Shown here piece after piece: positions 26,767 through 39,090 of a stretch of 64,000 nucleotides of DNA. Position numbers and translations under genes: made by a program. Source of the DNA: Callorhinchus milii (lineage: Eukaryota); assembly GCF_018977255.1 (NCBI RefSeq), contig NW_024704742.1, forward strand, positions 16,742,001 through 16,806,000, written 5' to 3'. The notes beneath the pieces were generated by a model. It was not told the origin of the DNA. It was given only the letters and a program-made list of their open reading frames with translations, and did no database searches. Within the stretch, counting starts at the first letter, position 1. Each line of letters opens with the position of its first letter.

Positions 26767-27960
26767 TGAAATAAACATTTACTCTTAGGCTTGGCTTTTT
26801 ATGGCAAAAATTTTAAACAAAGTAAGCTTGTTTTAGGAACCAAACCCTGCACGTTTTACTGATTTTTACTTCTTACTGAAAAAGCCTTGGGTTGGTCCAT
26901 ATGTCTGGTGCTTTGCCTCTTAACTCATATGTGGGAATGTAATGCAGAGGTTGGAATGTGACTGCCCTCTCCTATAGATGGAAGAGATGCTAGATAGGCT
27001 CTGAGGGGAACTCTTCCCCCTCAACAAAGCTAAGTGTCCTTCAGTAACGCTGAACAGAATCTATCCGTGAAATTGCCACTCTTTGATGTAAGTTAAAATA
27101 GTGTGAGGGCTGTGATGTTCTGACTCAGTGCAGCTATAAAACTGCTCAGTTCAACAAAACTATTATGGACTCGGCCGTTTAGCTGCCTAATGGTATTTGA
27201 GGCCAGCATTATGCGGCTGCCAAATAAGGATGTATTCAGCTTTACGAACAAATGTTCAGTTTTTATACTGAACTGTAGGAAATCTATTCACTAGGAAGAA
27301 TTACTTTTCTCTCATTTTCTCTCTATCCTCTCTATTGCACCAAGGCACATCTATATTTTGTGAACATCTAGGATTTAGGAAAGGGTTAGGGTTAGAGAAG
27401 TAGTACAATGACCACAACAATTCTGTTCTTGAAGGTATTTTTGTGACTTCTCCTCATGAGGTTTACATTAGCTATGAGTTTGCAGAACTCTGTATATTTG
27501 ATATAATTTTGTAGTTTTCCTCTGGTGAAGGTACATGAACCTCATTAAGGTCCACCTTATGCAAGGTCCACCTTAACCGACTTATTCAGAATCTATGGGG
27601 TAAAATTTGCAGAATTTGTGTTCTATTCCTTACTTAAGTTCAATTAAATTTTTTGGCTGAGAGCACAATTTTTGTCCTCCACCACCGCTAATACCCAATA
27701 ATAACAATAATAATAATAATCATCCTTACACGTTATCATGCCGTCAAAACACCTCAAGGCACTTCATATGATTTCCTGTAGAGTGCAGTGACTATATTTA
27801 GTGATAAAGAATGCAGCATATTTACAGAGTCCAGTCTCCACTCAGGTTTTCTTCTTTGAAATAACTTCCTTGTGACTTGCAATCATACACATCTTGCTGT
27901 ACAATCTTTGAAAGGAAAAGACATTCTGGATAATCAGCCAGCAACTTTGACTTACAATCT

Positions 27961-28415
27961 TAACACAAAATGCTGCAGATGCTGGAAATCTGAAACAAAA
28001 ATAGATGTCGCTGGGAAACACTCAGCAGGTCAGGCAGCATCTATGGAGAAAGGAAAGTGAGTCAACGTTTCAAGTCCACAACTCTTTGTTAGAACTTATC
28101 ACGTTGACCTTTACCATATCATCTGGGTCCCAGACTTTTCTCTCTCTGGTCTGCCGATTTTGTTGCAATTTTTACCCCGCTTTGTTTTGTATCATTAACA
28201 CCGCTTTAACTCATCATGCCCTGTCCTCTAGCCCATTTGCTCCTTTGTCTTCCTAGCCCTGCCTCCCCCTCTCTGTTAGCCCTCAAAAGCCTTTCCCTCC
28301 CAACATGCGTCAGTTTCTGACGAAGGATTATGGACCTGAAACGTTGACTCACTTTCCTTTTTCCATAGAGGCTGTCACCTAACCTGCTGAGTGGTCCCAG
28401 TGACTTCTGTTTTTG
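27961..28415. mobile_element. Penelope-like element terminal repeat (pLTR) in inverted arrangement
   Basis: ~100-bp inverted arms (27996-28096 and 28312-28415); right arm has ctgacgaagg...cctgaaacgttgact; 14-bp flanking direct repeat tttgacttacaatc. The Penelope assignment rests on my recall of this motif type. Confidence 0.75.
28312..28349 (+). ncRNA. Minimal type I hammerhead ribozyme motif (Penelope-associated), activity unknown
   Basis: CUGACGA (28317-28323), stem II agg/cct, GAAA (28338-28341), palindromic AACGUU in place of stem III, putative GUU cleavage triplet; stem I is short and imperfect. Confidence 0.55.
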
Positions 28416-30641
28416 ACTTACAATCCTGTTTGATACTGAACATCACAGTTACATTTCAGTAAATAGACTTGTCAAGGCTTGACAATCAGTATGTGGTTAA
28501 TGTTCTACTTTATGATAATGTAACCTGAAGCATCATTTGTAAACAATAGTGAAACAATATATCAAAGAGAGTTAATGTAGGACGCTTTACTGTTTCGTCC
28601 ACAAAATACAGTCAATCCACTTTACAGTATATTCTGTGAAGCTCTTTGAGACATCTCAAAGACGTGATAAGGCGCTCTATCAAATGCAAAGATTATTATT
28701 CTGCAAAGCTGGATCTGTACAAACCTTTGTTCCAAACATGAACGTGGGTAACATTAGTGAAGGCCGAGAGTAGTGCAAAATGTCCAGCAACTGGTCTACT
28801 CATGCCAGTCTCACACATCCACCAAAATATATTGTTCTCAGGCCCAGTTCCCAGGGCCCCCAACATAAACCAGTTTTTGATTGTGTATGATTTTGCGATG
28901 TACAAAATGTGAAATGCCACCATTAACCCAGCAGCTCCAGCCACTGAGAGTGTTTAAAGCCAACTCTAAGCCAACAGGAGGACCCAACACCTCGAAAAAG
29001 GTGATTGCATTGAAGCATCCCATGTGCCTATTTTGCTTCTCGTTGAGACAGCGACAGGGAACTACTGTTGCCTAACTATCTGTCAGTAATGAAGTAAACA
29101 ATAATTTTACATTTATATGAACATCAATTGTACATTTATAAGGAAAACATATTCAGCTGAATGTCAGAGACCAGCACACAGTAGAGTTGCCAGATATTTA
29201 TTAAGCCCAGCTTACTCGTTCTGAACTGACTTTCTAATGTTAACTTTAGTAACATTAATATTTAATGTTAAATATATTGAAGAACAATATATTTTGGCAC
29301 CTTAAATATAACCAATGCTTAGAATTTCTCATTTTCAGCTGCTGGTGCTTATCCAGGATTTTCTAGGTAACATTGTGTGTCCTGTAGTTCATGTAATATT
29401 TTTATCACTTATATGACAGGCTGCTGTGCTGACTGAACACAAAAGACCACAACAAATTGATAATGCTTTATGAGAAATGAAAGCAATTAGACCTCTGCTC
29501 TTGTGGTGTATAATTTTTCAAGTAAACCTTTATAAGAGTACATTATGGAACCCCTTTAACTCAGAAAAAATATCTTCAGCAAGAGGCAGAGTATATTTGT
29601 TAACTCTGCAGCCTTATTGGGTTTGTGCTTTCAAGAGCACACATACACATAAACAGCTTATTTCCATCCGGGTCAGTTTGAAAGGAGAAATTCCTGCAGA
29701 TGCATTGAATGTATCAGTTATGGGTGCCATTGATTTGCAGAACTTCAGTTCCTTTAAGCATATATCCTTGATGACTGGCAAAGTCAAGCACCCACCACCA
29801 TGTGTTTGCATGCTTCCACTCTACACAAGAACTCCATGGCTTAAGTTGAACTTCAAGGGCTATCTTGTGCTGATTTCTGTCTGAATGCACACCAGAAGAC
29901 TGAAATATGCCACAGTTTGGAGCTTTCTATTGTTGTTATAGTACAGGTCGCAGCAGGCCTGCCTTAGCAGGCAACTTGCTATTGTAAAACAGCCGATTTT
30001 CCCAGCTTTGAATATCCCAAAACCTGACATGAAATTTTTACCTCTGGGCATAGGATGTGTGAAGCCTGATTCCCTGTCAGACTGCTTCGATTCCATAATG
30101 AAACAGTGCAGAGTCAGCCAACTGTACCCGACAACTTTCAGTATATGTGCAGATAGCTTGACGTCACACGCACATTGCTAGATAAAAAGCAGTTACAATA
30201 AAAAGTTGGAGCAAAATCTCTGGAGATCAAGACATTCAGAAGCTTGCGTATTGTCATCTCCTGAAGTCCAGAGAACATGATAAAGTAGCAGCGGTTCGAC
30301 ACAAAGCAAAGCCTCTTGTTTGGCACCACATTTTGAGCCTCCAAAACTGCAGTGGTAAAGCAGCATAAGATGAACCAGCTCATCCTTATAACTTTGTGAT
30401 TGAACAGCAGGATCAAGGTCCATCCCAAAATTAAGAATACCAGATTTCATAGAGGTTGTTTCTGTTGTACCAGAAAGATAGTGTAAGGTTTGCTATGAAT
30501 ATGAAGCAAATTTGACCCTAGGATATGAGGAACAAACAAGCTAAAAGTTTGAAATAGAATTAATAAACAGTGTTATGCAGAGCACATTAAGCAGAACCTG
30601 CAAGTGCACAAAAATATACAATTCAGTACTAGTAACTATGT

Positions 30642-31092
30642 GCCATCCTGGCTCAGTGGTAGCACTCTCGCTTCTGAGTTGGAAGGTTGTGGGTTCAAAC
30701 CCAATGTCAGGATTTGGAATCACTTAGTCTAAGCTGACATTCCAATGCAATGTCTGGGGGAGTTGCAGTGGTTGCATTGTCAGAGGTGCCATCCATCAGA
30801 TGAGATGGTAAACCAAGGTCCAGTCTTACCTGTTCAGGTTGATGTTAAAGATCTCATGGCACAATTTGAAAAGAGAAGCGAGTTTGTCCTCTTGTCCAGG
30901 CCAACAATCCCCAAATAAAAAATTGATCACTCACTCGATGGCTGTTTGTGAGATATTGCTGTGCGCAAACTGGCTGCTAGATTTCACCCCAAAGATACAC
31001 AATTAATCCATTTTACACTATATCCTGTGAAGTGTTTTGAGACATCTTGATGATATGATAAGGTACAATATCAAATACAAGGATTATTATTA
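30642..31092 (+). mobile_element. Near full-length Deu-domain SINE (SacSINE1-like)
   Basis: tggctcagtggtagcactctcgcttctgag A box, gggttcaaaccc B box, Deu-like core ttgcattgtcagaggtgccatccatcagatgagatggtaaaccaaggtc, shared tail and (TTA)n. Confidence 0.85.
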
Positions 31093-31187
31093 GAATCATA
31101 AAATCTTACAGCACAGAAGGAGGCTATTCGGCCCATCATGCTCTTGCCAGTTCTTTGAAAGAGTTATCCTACTTGTCCCACTCCCCC
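31091..31187 (-). mobile_element. CR1 3' tail inserted at the SINE (TTA)n tail
   Basis: tagaatcataaaatcttacagcacagaaggaggctattcggcccatc; attattat on both sides. Confidence 0.7.
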
Positions 31188-32726
31188 TATTATTATCATA
31201 AATGTAACATTCAGTTTATTTTGATTACATTGCCTAACAGTGTTCTGGATGCACAAAAGTGAAGATGTAGTTCTGTAAGTTCAGTTTTTGGCAGATGTTT
31301 TGTAAATCTGCAGCAGAAACACTGAGAGCTTATTGCCTTATTGCTGGTGCTGGGGTTACATAAATAAGCATTTCCCTGCTACCGCTTTTTTGTCAAAGTA
31401 CCAGTCTTCAAATGAATACGATCAACCTTTGGTATATCTCTCCCAGTGGTGGCACCTTCAAAATGCTGCGTAAGTCATTAACATTTTTTTTCAAAGATCA
31501 AAAAGTAATCTTTCGCAACAGTGAGATACACCCATGATTTCCATTAACCAGACCAAATTGTTTGATCTCTCTTGATCTCAAATTTACAGAACAAGATTTG
31601 TTTCTTGAGGCCTATTGCTGCACAGTGATTAGTGGACGAGCCAGAGTGCTGTGCACATTGTCTGAAACAATGAGCAAAGAATGCTTTAGGTGCAGTTATA
31701 ATTCCGATCCAAGAGTCATTTGCTAACAGTTTAACTTTAACCTTACGTACCCAGACTGAATATCTGAGCATGTTTACATGAAGAGGAAATGTGTCCTAAT
31801 ATATGTAAAGTGTTTTAATTTGGGCTTTTAAGATAATTTTTGGTTTATCTGGTCATCGCAAGAAACGAGTGGGCAAGTGGATTATTACCATTATGTTGTG
31901 TATAAAAGCAACAAGGATTCAGCCACCACTGGCTTTAATTCCAGTACCTTTTCTCTAAGGAAGAAGCATTTTCTCAAGCATTATAACAAACCTTTATTTT
32001 TATGTAGCACACTTCAGTTGAGAAGAATTCTCCAAGCACATCGCAGAATTGACTGGAAATCTGAGCTATGTGGGAGGGGCTGGGTGTTGGGGATGAGACG
32101 AGAGGGGAGCTAGCAAGAACTAACTCGATATCTGCTTGATACTTAATTTCAGAGTTTCTCCTTGTGTTTGAGATTTCTTTACAAATATGGTGGTTGGGAG
32201 GTTGCCAGTTTTCCCCTTCCTGACTCGCTGACAGACTACAGCAACGGGCGGCATTATTTTCCATTCTCTGCAGCTCAATGTGTTGCAGTGTGGCAGGATG
32301 CCCTTCTCGAGATGAGGGAAGGCAAGCAAGTCTACAATTGACAATTTTTTAATAACATTGTTAGAAAACAACTTTGCAACCAAAATAATATTTTGTATTT
32401 TTCATAATTCGTAAATATTGCCTTAAACAAAAGGATTACTTAAAGAAGGTTTCGATTTAGAATTTGAGAAAGGAACTACGTAGAATTGATAGATTGTGGT
32501 AATAATCTATAGATGCTTTAGTGTGTCTATGAAAGCCCCGATTAGGTCTTATAAGTCAATTCACTGATCGCCCAATTCTACTTCAGAAGTAGAAATCTAT
32601 GAAAGAACAAAAATTTGCAACAAAGTAATTTCAGTTAGCACATTAAATTCACCTGAGTTGAATGGAACATGTTCACCCAAATATCGTTTATAATTCAAAT
32701 TTAGGATTAACAAGCAGAACTGCTTT

Positions 32727-33302
32727 CATTACGTCACGGCTTGACTACGCCAACTCCCAGCTCTCTGGACTTCCCAATTCTTCCCTCCGCAAACTACAGA
32801 CTATTTAGAACTCTGCAGCTCATTTCCTCTCCTGCACCAAGCTCTGGGAGCCAGTTATCCACATCCTCGTCCTGCTTCATTGGCTCCCCATTCCCCAGAA
32901 GATCAAGTTTAAGATTCTAATCCTGTCTTCTGAAGCCCTCCACTGTCTTGCTCCTCGCTACCTCTGTAACCTACTAAGACCATACCAATCTGCTGCCTCC
33001 CTCCACTTGGCGGGCATTGGCCTGGCCCATGCCTTCTACCGCTGCCCACCCTACCATCAGCGGTCAGGCCTTCAGCCTTTATGCCCCCACCTTCTGAAGC
33101 TCCATCCTGGAATCCCTCTACTTCGCCCCCTCCCTTGCCTCCTTCAAGCCCATATCAAGATCTGCTTCTTTGACCGTGGCTCCACCCCAACCCCCTCTTA
33201 CCCTCCACACATCTTGATTCCAACTCCAGCTCATGGGCAAACCCTTGAATGTCTGGTGCCTTGCGACATGAAAGGTGCTTAAAAAAAATGCAATTTGTTG
33301 TG
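32727..33302 (+). mobile_element. Degraded L2 3' fragment
   Basis: FITSRLDYAN (ttcattacgtcacggcttgactacgccaac), LHWLPIPQKIKFKIL and a tail remnant. Confidence 0.85.
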
Positions 33303-33777
33303 GTTGAGTGAATCAGAAAAATACAAAAGTTTGATTACATGGCTTTTCTGAAATTATTGTGGGTTTATAAATTTGCTATTTTATTTTTACTATTCTGGAA
33401 TGTTATCATTGTATGAGAGTGTTTATCAAATATTGCTTGAAGTTACTTTGATGTGACTGTTGGGTATAAAAGGGGATTCATCTGTAGTGCTATTTTGATT
33501 TGGAAAGAAACTTGTTTTAGTTTGTGTCAGTCCCCTCTAATGGAGGATGATGTTTACTAACTGGAATGAGTGAGACTATACACAATGTTAAAAGTTCAGT
33601 GGTAAGTGTAGCCTCAGGCATAAATGAAGAAAACATCAATGGAAAGGTGAAGAGCAGAAAGCTGGCCTTTTCATTTAAAATCACGCTACCTTGTTTCAAA
33701 ATGTTCCCTGACTTCCTGAGTGCTTTTTTTAAAAAAAAGATTCCTGGGTCATGCACAGCACACAGGACGTGATGTTA

Positions 33778-34146
33778 ATAATAATAATCCTTGCATTTGA
33801 TATAGTGCCTTATCACGTCATGGAGACGTCTCAAAGCGCCTCACAGAATATACTGTCAAGTGAATTAACTGTATACTTTGTGGGCAAAATGCAGGAGCCA
33901 ATTGTGCACAGCAGTGTTCCACAAACAGTCATGGATTGAAGTGACCAATTTATTTTTTATTTTTTGAAAGAATTATTACCCCTGGAAAACTTATCCGACA
34001 ATCGATTAACAACTGGGTTCCTACTTACTGCTAGGTAAACAGGTGCGTGGAGTAAGGAAACTTGCCCAACATTTCGCTTTGCTGGGAATTGAACCCAGGT
34101 CTCTCACTTGCGAGGCGAGTGCTCTAACCACTGAGCTACAGGATTA
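33778..34146 (-). mobile_element. tRNA-derived SINE, long form (~370 bp)
   Basis: Head with ctcgc-CTCGCAA-gtgag anticodon arm; extra internal segment ctgtttacctagcagtaagtaggaacccagttgttaatcgattg; shared tail. Confidence 0.9.
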
Positions 34147-34406
34147 CACATGTTGATGGGATGATACCTCGGTCCTCCCCCGAGGCCCTCTAGCTGGCGC
34201 CTAGCCCAATAAAACACACTGAACGGGCAACCAGTCCGTATATACCATCCGTTCTACCCCCAAACCCTCGACCTGCATTTAACTTGGATTTTGCAAGCTG
34301 CCCATGCCTAGGTACTAACAATACATTTATAGAATCGACTTTATTCTCTCAGAAATCCATGTGAACATTGAAAGAACTTGTTTTCTTTTGAGTTTCAATT
34401 CCAATT

Positions 34407-34726
34407 ATAATAATAAATAATAATAATCCTTGCATTTGGTATAGCACTTTTCACGTTTTCTCGACATCTCAAAGTGCTTCACAGAATAGACTGTAAAGTG
34501 AATTGACCGTATATTTGTGGGTGAAGCATGGCAGCGAATTGCGTACACAGTGTCCCACAAACAGTCATGGATTGAAAATGACCAATGTGTTATTGTTTTG
34601 GAGGGAATTATTATTAGCCGTGTGGAGTAAGGAAACTTGCCCAAGGTTTCGCCCTCTGCCTGGAATTGAACTCAGGTCTCTCACTTGCAAAGCGAGTGCT
34701 CTAACAACTGAGCTACAGGACTCCAC
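34407..34726 (-). mobile_element. tRNA-Ala-derived SINE, short form
   Basis: Same head, body and tail as 254-581. Confidence 0.9.
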
Positions 34727-34964
34727 TTGTATTGATTAGGTACATTTTGTCACACAAGATAGTCAATCGCTAACTGGAAATATTTTAACTTTAGTATTCC
34801 TCCTAGTTCCACCTCATAGTTATTGTGCGTGTTAAATTCTGAAGAATATAATAATCCTTGAATTTTATACCGCACCTTTTACATTGGAAGAACATCTGAA
34901 AGGACTTCACAGGAGTAGTGACTGTGTTTAAGTAGGCAAACGTGGAAGCCAATTGGCATGCAGC

Positions 34965-35250
34965 AATAATAATCAGTCCTGCATTTACATGGCAACTTCC
35001 ATGTCAGGAGGACATCCCAAAGCACTTTACAAGATATACTTTAAAATGGAGTGACTGTGTGTTTTACGGCCAAACACAATGTCCCAAAAAGAATGATTTA
35101 TTTTATTTGGGGTATTGTTATTCAGGATACTGGGAGAAACTCCCATCTCTTTACGAATAGTGGAAACCAGGACCTCGAATATATGTATCTTCCAATGGAC
35201 AGTATCTTTCATAATGCAGCGCTCCCTCGGCACTGTAATTTGGAATATAT
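34965..35250 (-). mobile_element. Degraded Deu-domain SINE
   Basis: caggatactgggagaaactccc and ataatgcagcgctccctcggcactg are the reverse complement of the Deu-like core. Confidence 0.6.
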
Positions 35251-35734
35251 GGCAGTTTGATTGCTTTAGAATTTGTTAGAAGTAGTTCCCAACTTGCACT
35301 TCATGCTGTGGATTCATCGGTTGATGCGTTTGTTTCTTTGTCTCTTGATACATTCTATCTGATAAACATTTTCAGTAATCCGCTGTGAATTGGGAAACTC
35401 AACTTCATTATTTAAGCTTTAAACACAAATCAGTAAATTTGATTTGCTTCTGAATTTGTATGATCAAACCAGGACCCAATTAACAAAATACAAATTTAAA
35501 AATTCCAGTGCCCTAAGCATTTTACTGATAATGTTTATATAATGAAATCCGATTATAATGAACTCAATTATAAATAAACCGCCTTTATAATGTAAAATAC
35601 TGAAGTCCCAATACAGTTACAGCTTAGATTCTGCCAAATGTAAGATGTTGTCTTGGCAAATAGCATTTTATAACAAAGAGCTTCCACTTTAATCGACATT
35701 GAGGTTCACTTCCAATGCAATTGCTGCCTGTGAT

Positions 35735-36015
35735 AATAATAGTCCTTAGTAATCCTTGCATTTCATATTGTTGCTTTCACGTAGGTAGGAAGTTTCAAAG
35801 CTCTCCGTAGGATTTCTATTTTAAAGTTTAGTGATTGGATAATTTGTAGGCAAATGTGAAAGCGAATTTATGCACAGCAATGTCCCATGAACAGCCATGA
35901 AGTAACACATCATACCTGGATGATTGTTAGCCAGGACACCAGGAGATACTCCCTTCGGATGTTTAATGCTCATCAGAACAGACAAGTAGAACTCTGGTTT
36001 AAATCTTATCCGATA
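35735..36015 (-). mobile_element. Degraded Deu-domain SINE 3' half
   Basis: Tail, cacagcaatgtcccat, gttagccaggacaccaggagatactccc and ggtttaaatcttatccga segments. Confidence 0.6.
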
Positions 36016-38493
36016 TAGTGTGTTGAAAACATATCACAAAGTATTTACATTGAACATTACACTTCCTATTTGTATTTAAATTGCCATCAATTTATTATTC
36101 CAAATTATTACTAAGTGTATCCTATCCAGCTCAGTTGGTAGTATTTAGCTCCAAGTCAAATTTTTAACTTTTAATTGCATCAATGGTGGAATATCTTGAA
36201 ATCAACTAGGGTTGAATCAAGAGCCATATCACACTGTGTTGCTAACAAAAATTACCCATTGTGAACATTTGTTAGTTAAATTGCAGAAAATATGCACCAC
36301 AAACTTTAGTACATTTGCACGCAAAATACTTCAGTGCTCCAAGACACTACACTGTGAGAAGGGCCTCAACATCAAACACATAATTGCAAATTGTTGTTTT
36401 ATAATTGTGGATGCTGAATAACTGCATTTTTAGTCACCTCCTCCCCATCCTGCAACAGTTTAGGTGCCCAGTCATTATGTAAAGCACTATGAAATATGCT
36501 GCTGCTAAAGATATTTAAATCTGCATGATGCAGCACCACAACCTTTTGGTACTTCTTTTACTTATTGAGTGACAAGTTAATTCTTCATTTTGATTCATAC
36601 TTTCCAAGTTCCCTTCACCATTAATATGTTGGCTGGATGTTCCTCCTAGCCTTTGATATTTGTTTCTTCCTTTCACGTATTAATTATTCATATTCAATTC
36701 CCCATGCCACTTGGTTAGCAGTTTGTTGTTTCATGTTTTGTTTATTATATGCCAAGTTCTCTGCTCCTATACTCGCTGTCCAATTCATTTCAACCTTTGT
36801 TTTAGTTGTCAGATTTCTCCTTTTTGTTGGTTAAATCCTGGGCTCCCTTCGCTCTTGATTTGTTGGCTGGCAGATTGTTCTATCTTTTTTTCTCAACTAT
36901 CTGGTGCACTTTCTTCTCCTTGTTGACGTCACAATTACCTTCACTGTTTTTGCCAGTAGAATGATTCACTTCATCTTTTGCTTATTAGCTCTGTGTATCT
37001 ACTCGGTTGTTTGATGTTGAGGCCTCTTCTCCCTCAGGAGACTTGGGAACATGCTGATGTGTCTTATAAAGAAAAACAAACCCATTAGTAACAGTGGGTG
37101 CTTTCCTATCTTCCTTTCACATGACTGCTACAAATAATATTTTTGTGGTTGAAAAATGCCTATGCAATTAAGAAATACTGGCACCAAATAATAGGTGATC
37201 CCTTCATTGTGTGGCCAGGTTTAGTTCTGATCCACTTATGTACTGTGAACCCACTCTATGCAGGATTGTGGTTATAATCAGCTTCTGGTGTTGACTAGCT
37301 GGCTTGGAACCCTAAAAAGATGCAGTTTTGTGGCTCATCAGTGCCACTGACATCACTTCCAGTCTATTGTGCACAGGTAGGGTCGCGGATCTGAATGTCA
37401 CTCCCTGTGTGCTGTGTGTGCATGCTCTGCACAGAAAGTGCTGTTAACGTCAATGGACTCTAGATCCATTTCCCCGCTTCAGATTAGTTAGTGCCCGAAA
37501 AAGAAACGACTAAAAGTATTATGCAAATTTAGGAATGAATGTGGCTGAAAGAGAAACATCGCAATGTAAATTACAGCAATTTCTAACGGGATTCCTTAAT
37601 AACTACTTCAAATTTTAAATTAGCATTCCTTCCAGTAACCAGAGGTAGGACATGTTAACCTGTCTGTATTTTATTCTGGAGTGAATCCTGTCAGAATGGA
37701 GATCCCACCGCTCAATATCACATTCCTTACTGTAAAGAGTGCCCATTTATCTGAGTCATTATTAAGGAATTGTGTTAAAAATTACTACCAATTTAGATTC
37801 CAGTATATTTTTATCCGATACTTTTGGAGGGAATATGCTGGTGGGAGAGGGTCACTTTGCAACAAAGAAGTAAAACAACATGTCAAGCATGCAGAACAGA
37901 AGGTACCTAGACCATTATTATTATATGGTTATGTACAATTGTGTTCTACAAGTGTTTCAGCAATATCATATTGAGTCATGATGACCAGTGACAGCTCTTG
38001 TGAAGCCCTTTCTTTGAAGGCAACCATTTCAATTCTAATGCCTGCACAGCAAGGATTCATGCTCGAGTTCTCTCGCTACAAAAAATAATAGATAGATGCC
38101 TGATAGAAGCAACATAGTAATTCAACCCAGGTAATGATTATCGTAAATTATGAAAGTAAAGGTCAAGTGGTTTATGGATATCAACAAAACCCTAACATTG
38201 AATTCCTACCACAAACGCACTGCCAGCTCTATGACCTTTACTAACAGTAGTTATGTGTCTTTAGTTTGTTCAATATTTTGTTTGCTACATGTGAGCTGGT
38301 TGGGATATGGCATTAATCAGCATGATTCGGAGAAAAGAGAAATAGGGAAGGAAGAGAGAAGGTGCTTATGATATTGCATCATGTAACATATTTTATAGAA
38401 TCATAAGGAAGTTTTGGCATCAGGCTGCTGTGAAATGTAAGAACATTTCTTTCAACTGATAGTTTGAAGGTAAATGATTTGCATTTCTTTATC

Positions 38494-39090
38494 AATAATA
38501 ATAATAATCCTTGCATTTGATTTTGCGCTTTTCACTTCTTCTAGACGTCCCAAAGCGCTTCACAGAACACACTGTAAAATGAATTGACTGTATATTTGTG
38601 GGCGAACGCGGCAACCAATTGCGCACAGCAATGTGCCACAAACAGTCGTAGATTGAAAATGAACAATTTATTATTGTTTTTTGTTTTGGAGGGATTATTA
38701 TTAGGCGTGTGGAGTAAGGAAACTTGCCCAAGGTTTCGCCCTCTGCCTGGAATTGAACTCAGGTCTCTCGCTTGCAAAGCGAGTGCTCTAACCACTGAGC
38801 TACAGGACTCCACATATAGTGCTTTTCACTTCTACTAGACGTCTCAAAGCCCTTCACAAAATATACTGTAAAGTGAATTGACTGTATATTTTGTGGGCGA
38901 AATGCAGCAGCCAATTGCGCACAGCAGTGTCCGACAAACAGTCGCGGTTTTGAAGTGACCAATTATTTTCTTGAGGGATTATTATCATGCGTGTGGAGTA
39001 AGGAAACTTCCCAAGGTTTCACCTTGCTGGGAATCAAATCCAAATCTCTCGCTTGATCTAACCACTGAGCTACTGAGCTACAGGACTCCA
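38494..39090 (-). mobile_element. Head-to-tail pair of tRNA-derived SINEs (young 38494-38813, older 38814-39090)
   Basis: Two complete heads (ggactcc at about 38805 and 39083) with no spacer between the copies. Confidence 0.9.

Noticed and set aside
29477..30450. Cluster of 65-135-aa ORFs in unique sequence as a nested gene
   Set aside because: No recognisable domain, coding bias or coherent splice structure.
35535..35615. Tigger/MITE-like terminus (ccgattataatgaa...ccgcctttataatg...gtccc)
   Set aside because: No matching second terminal inverted repeat or TA TSD was found.
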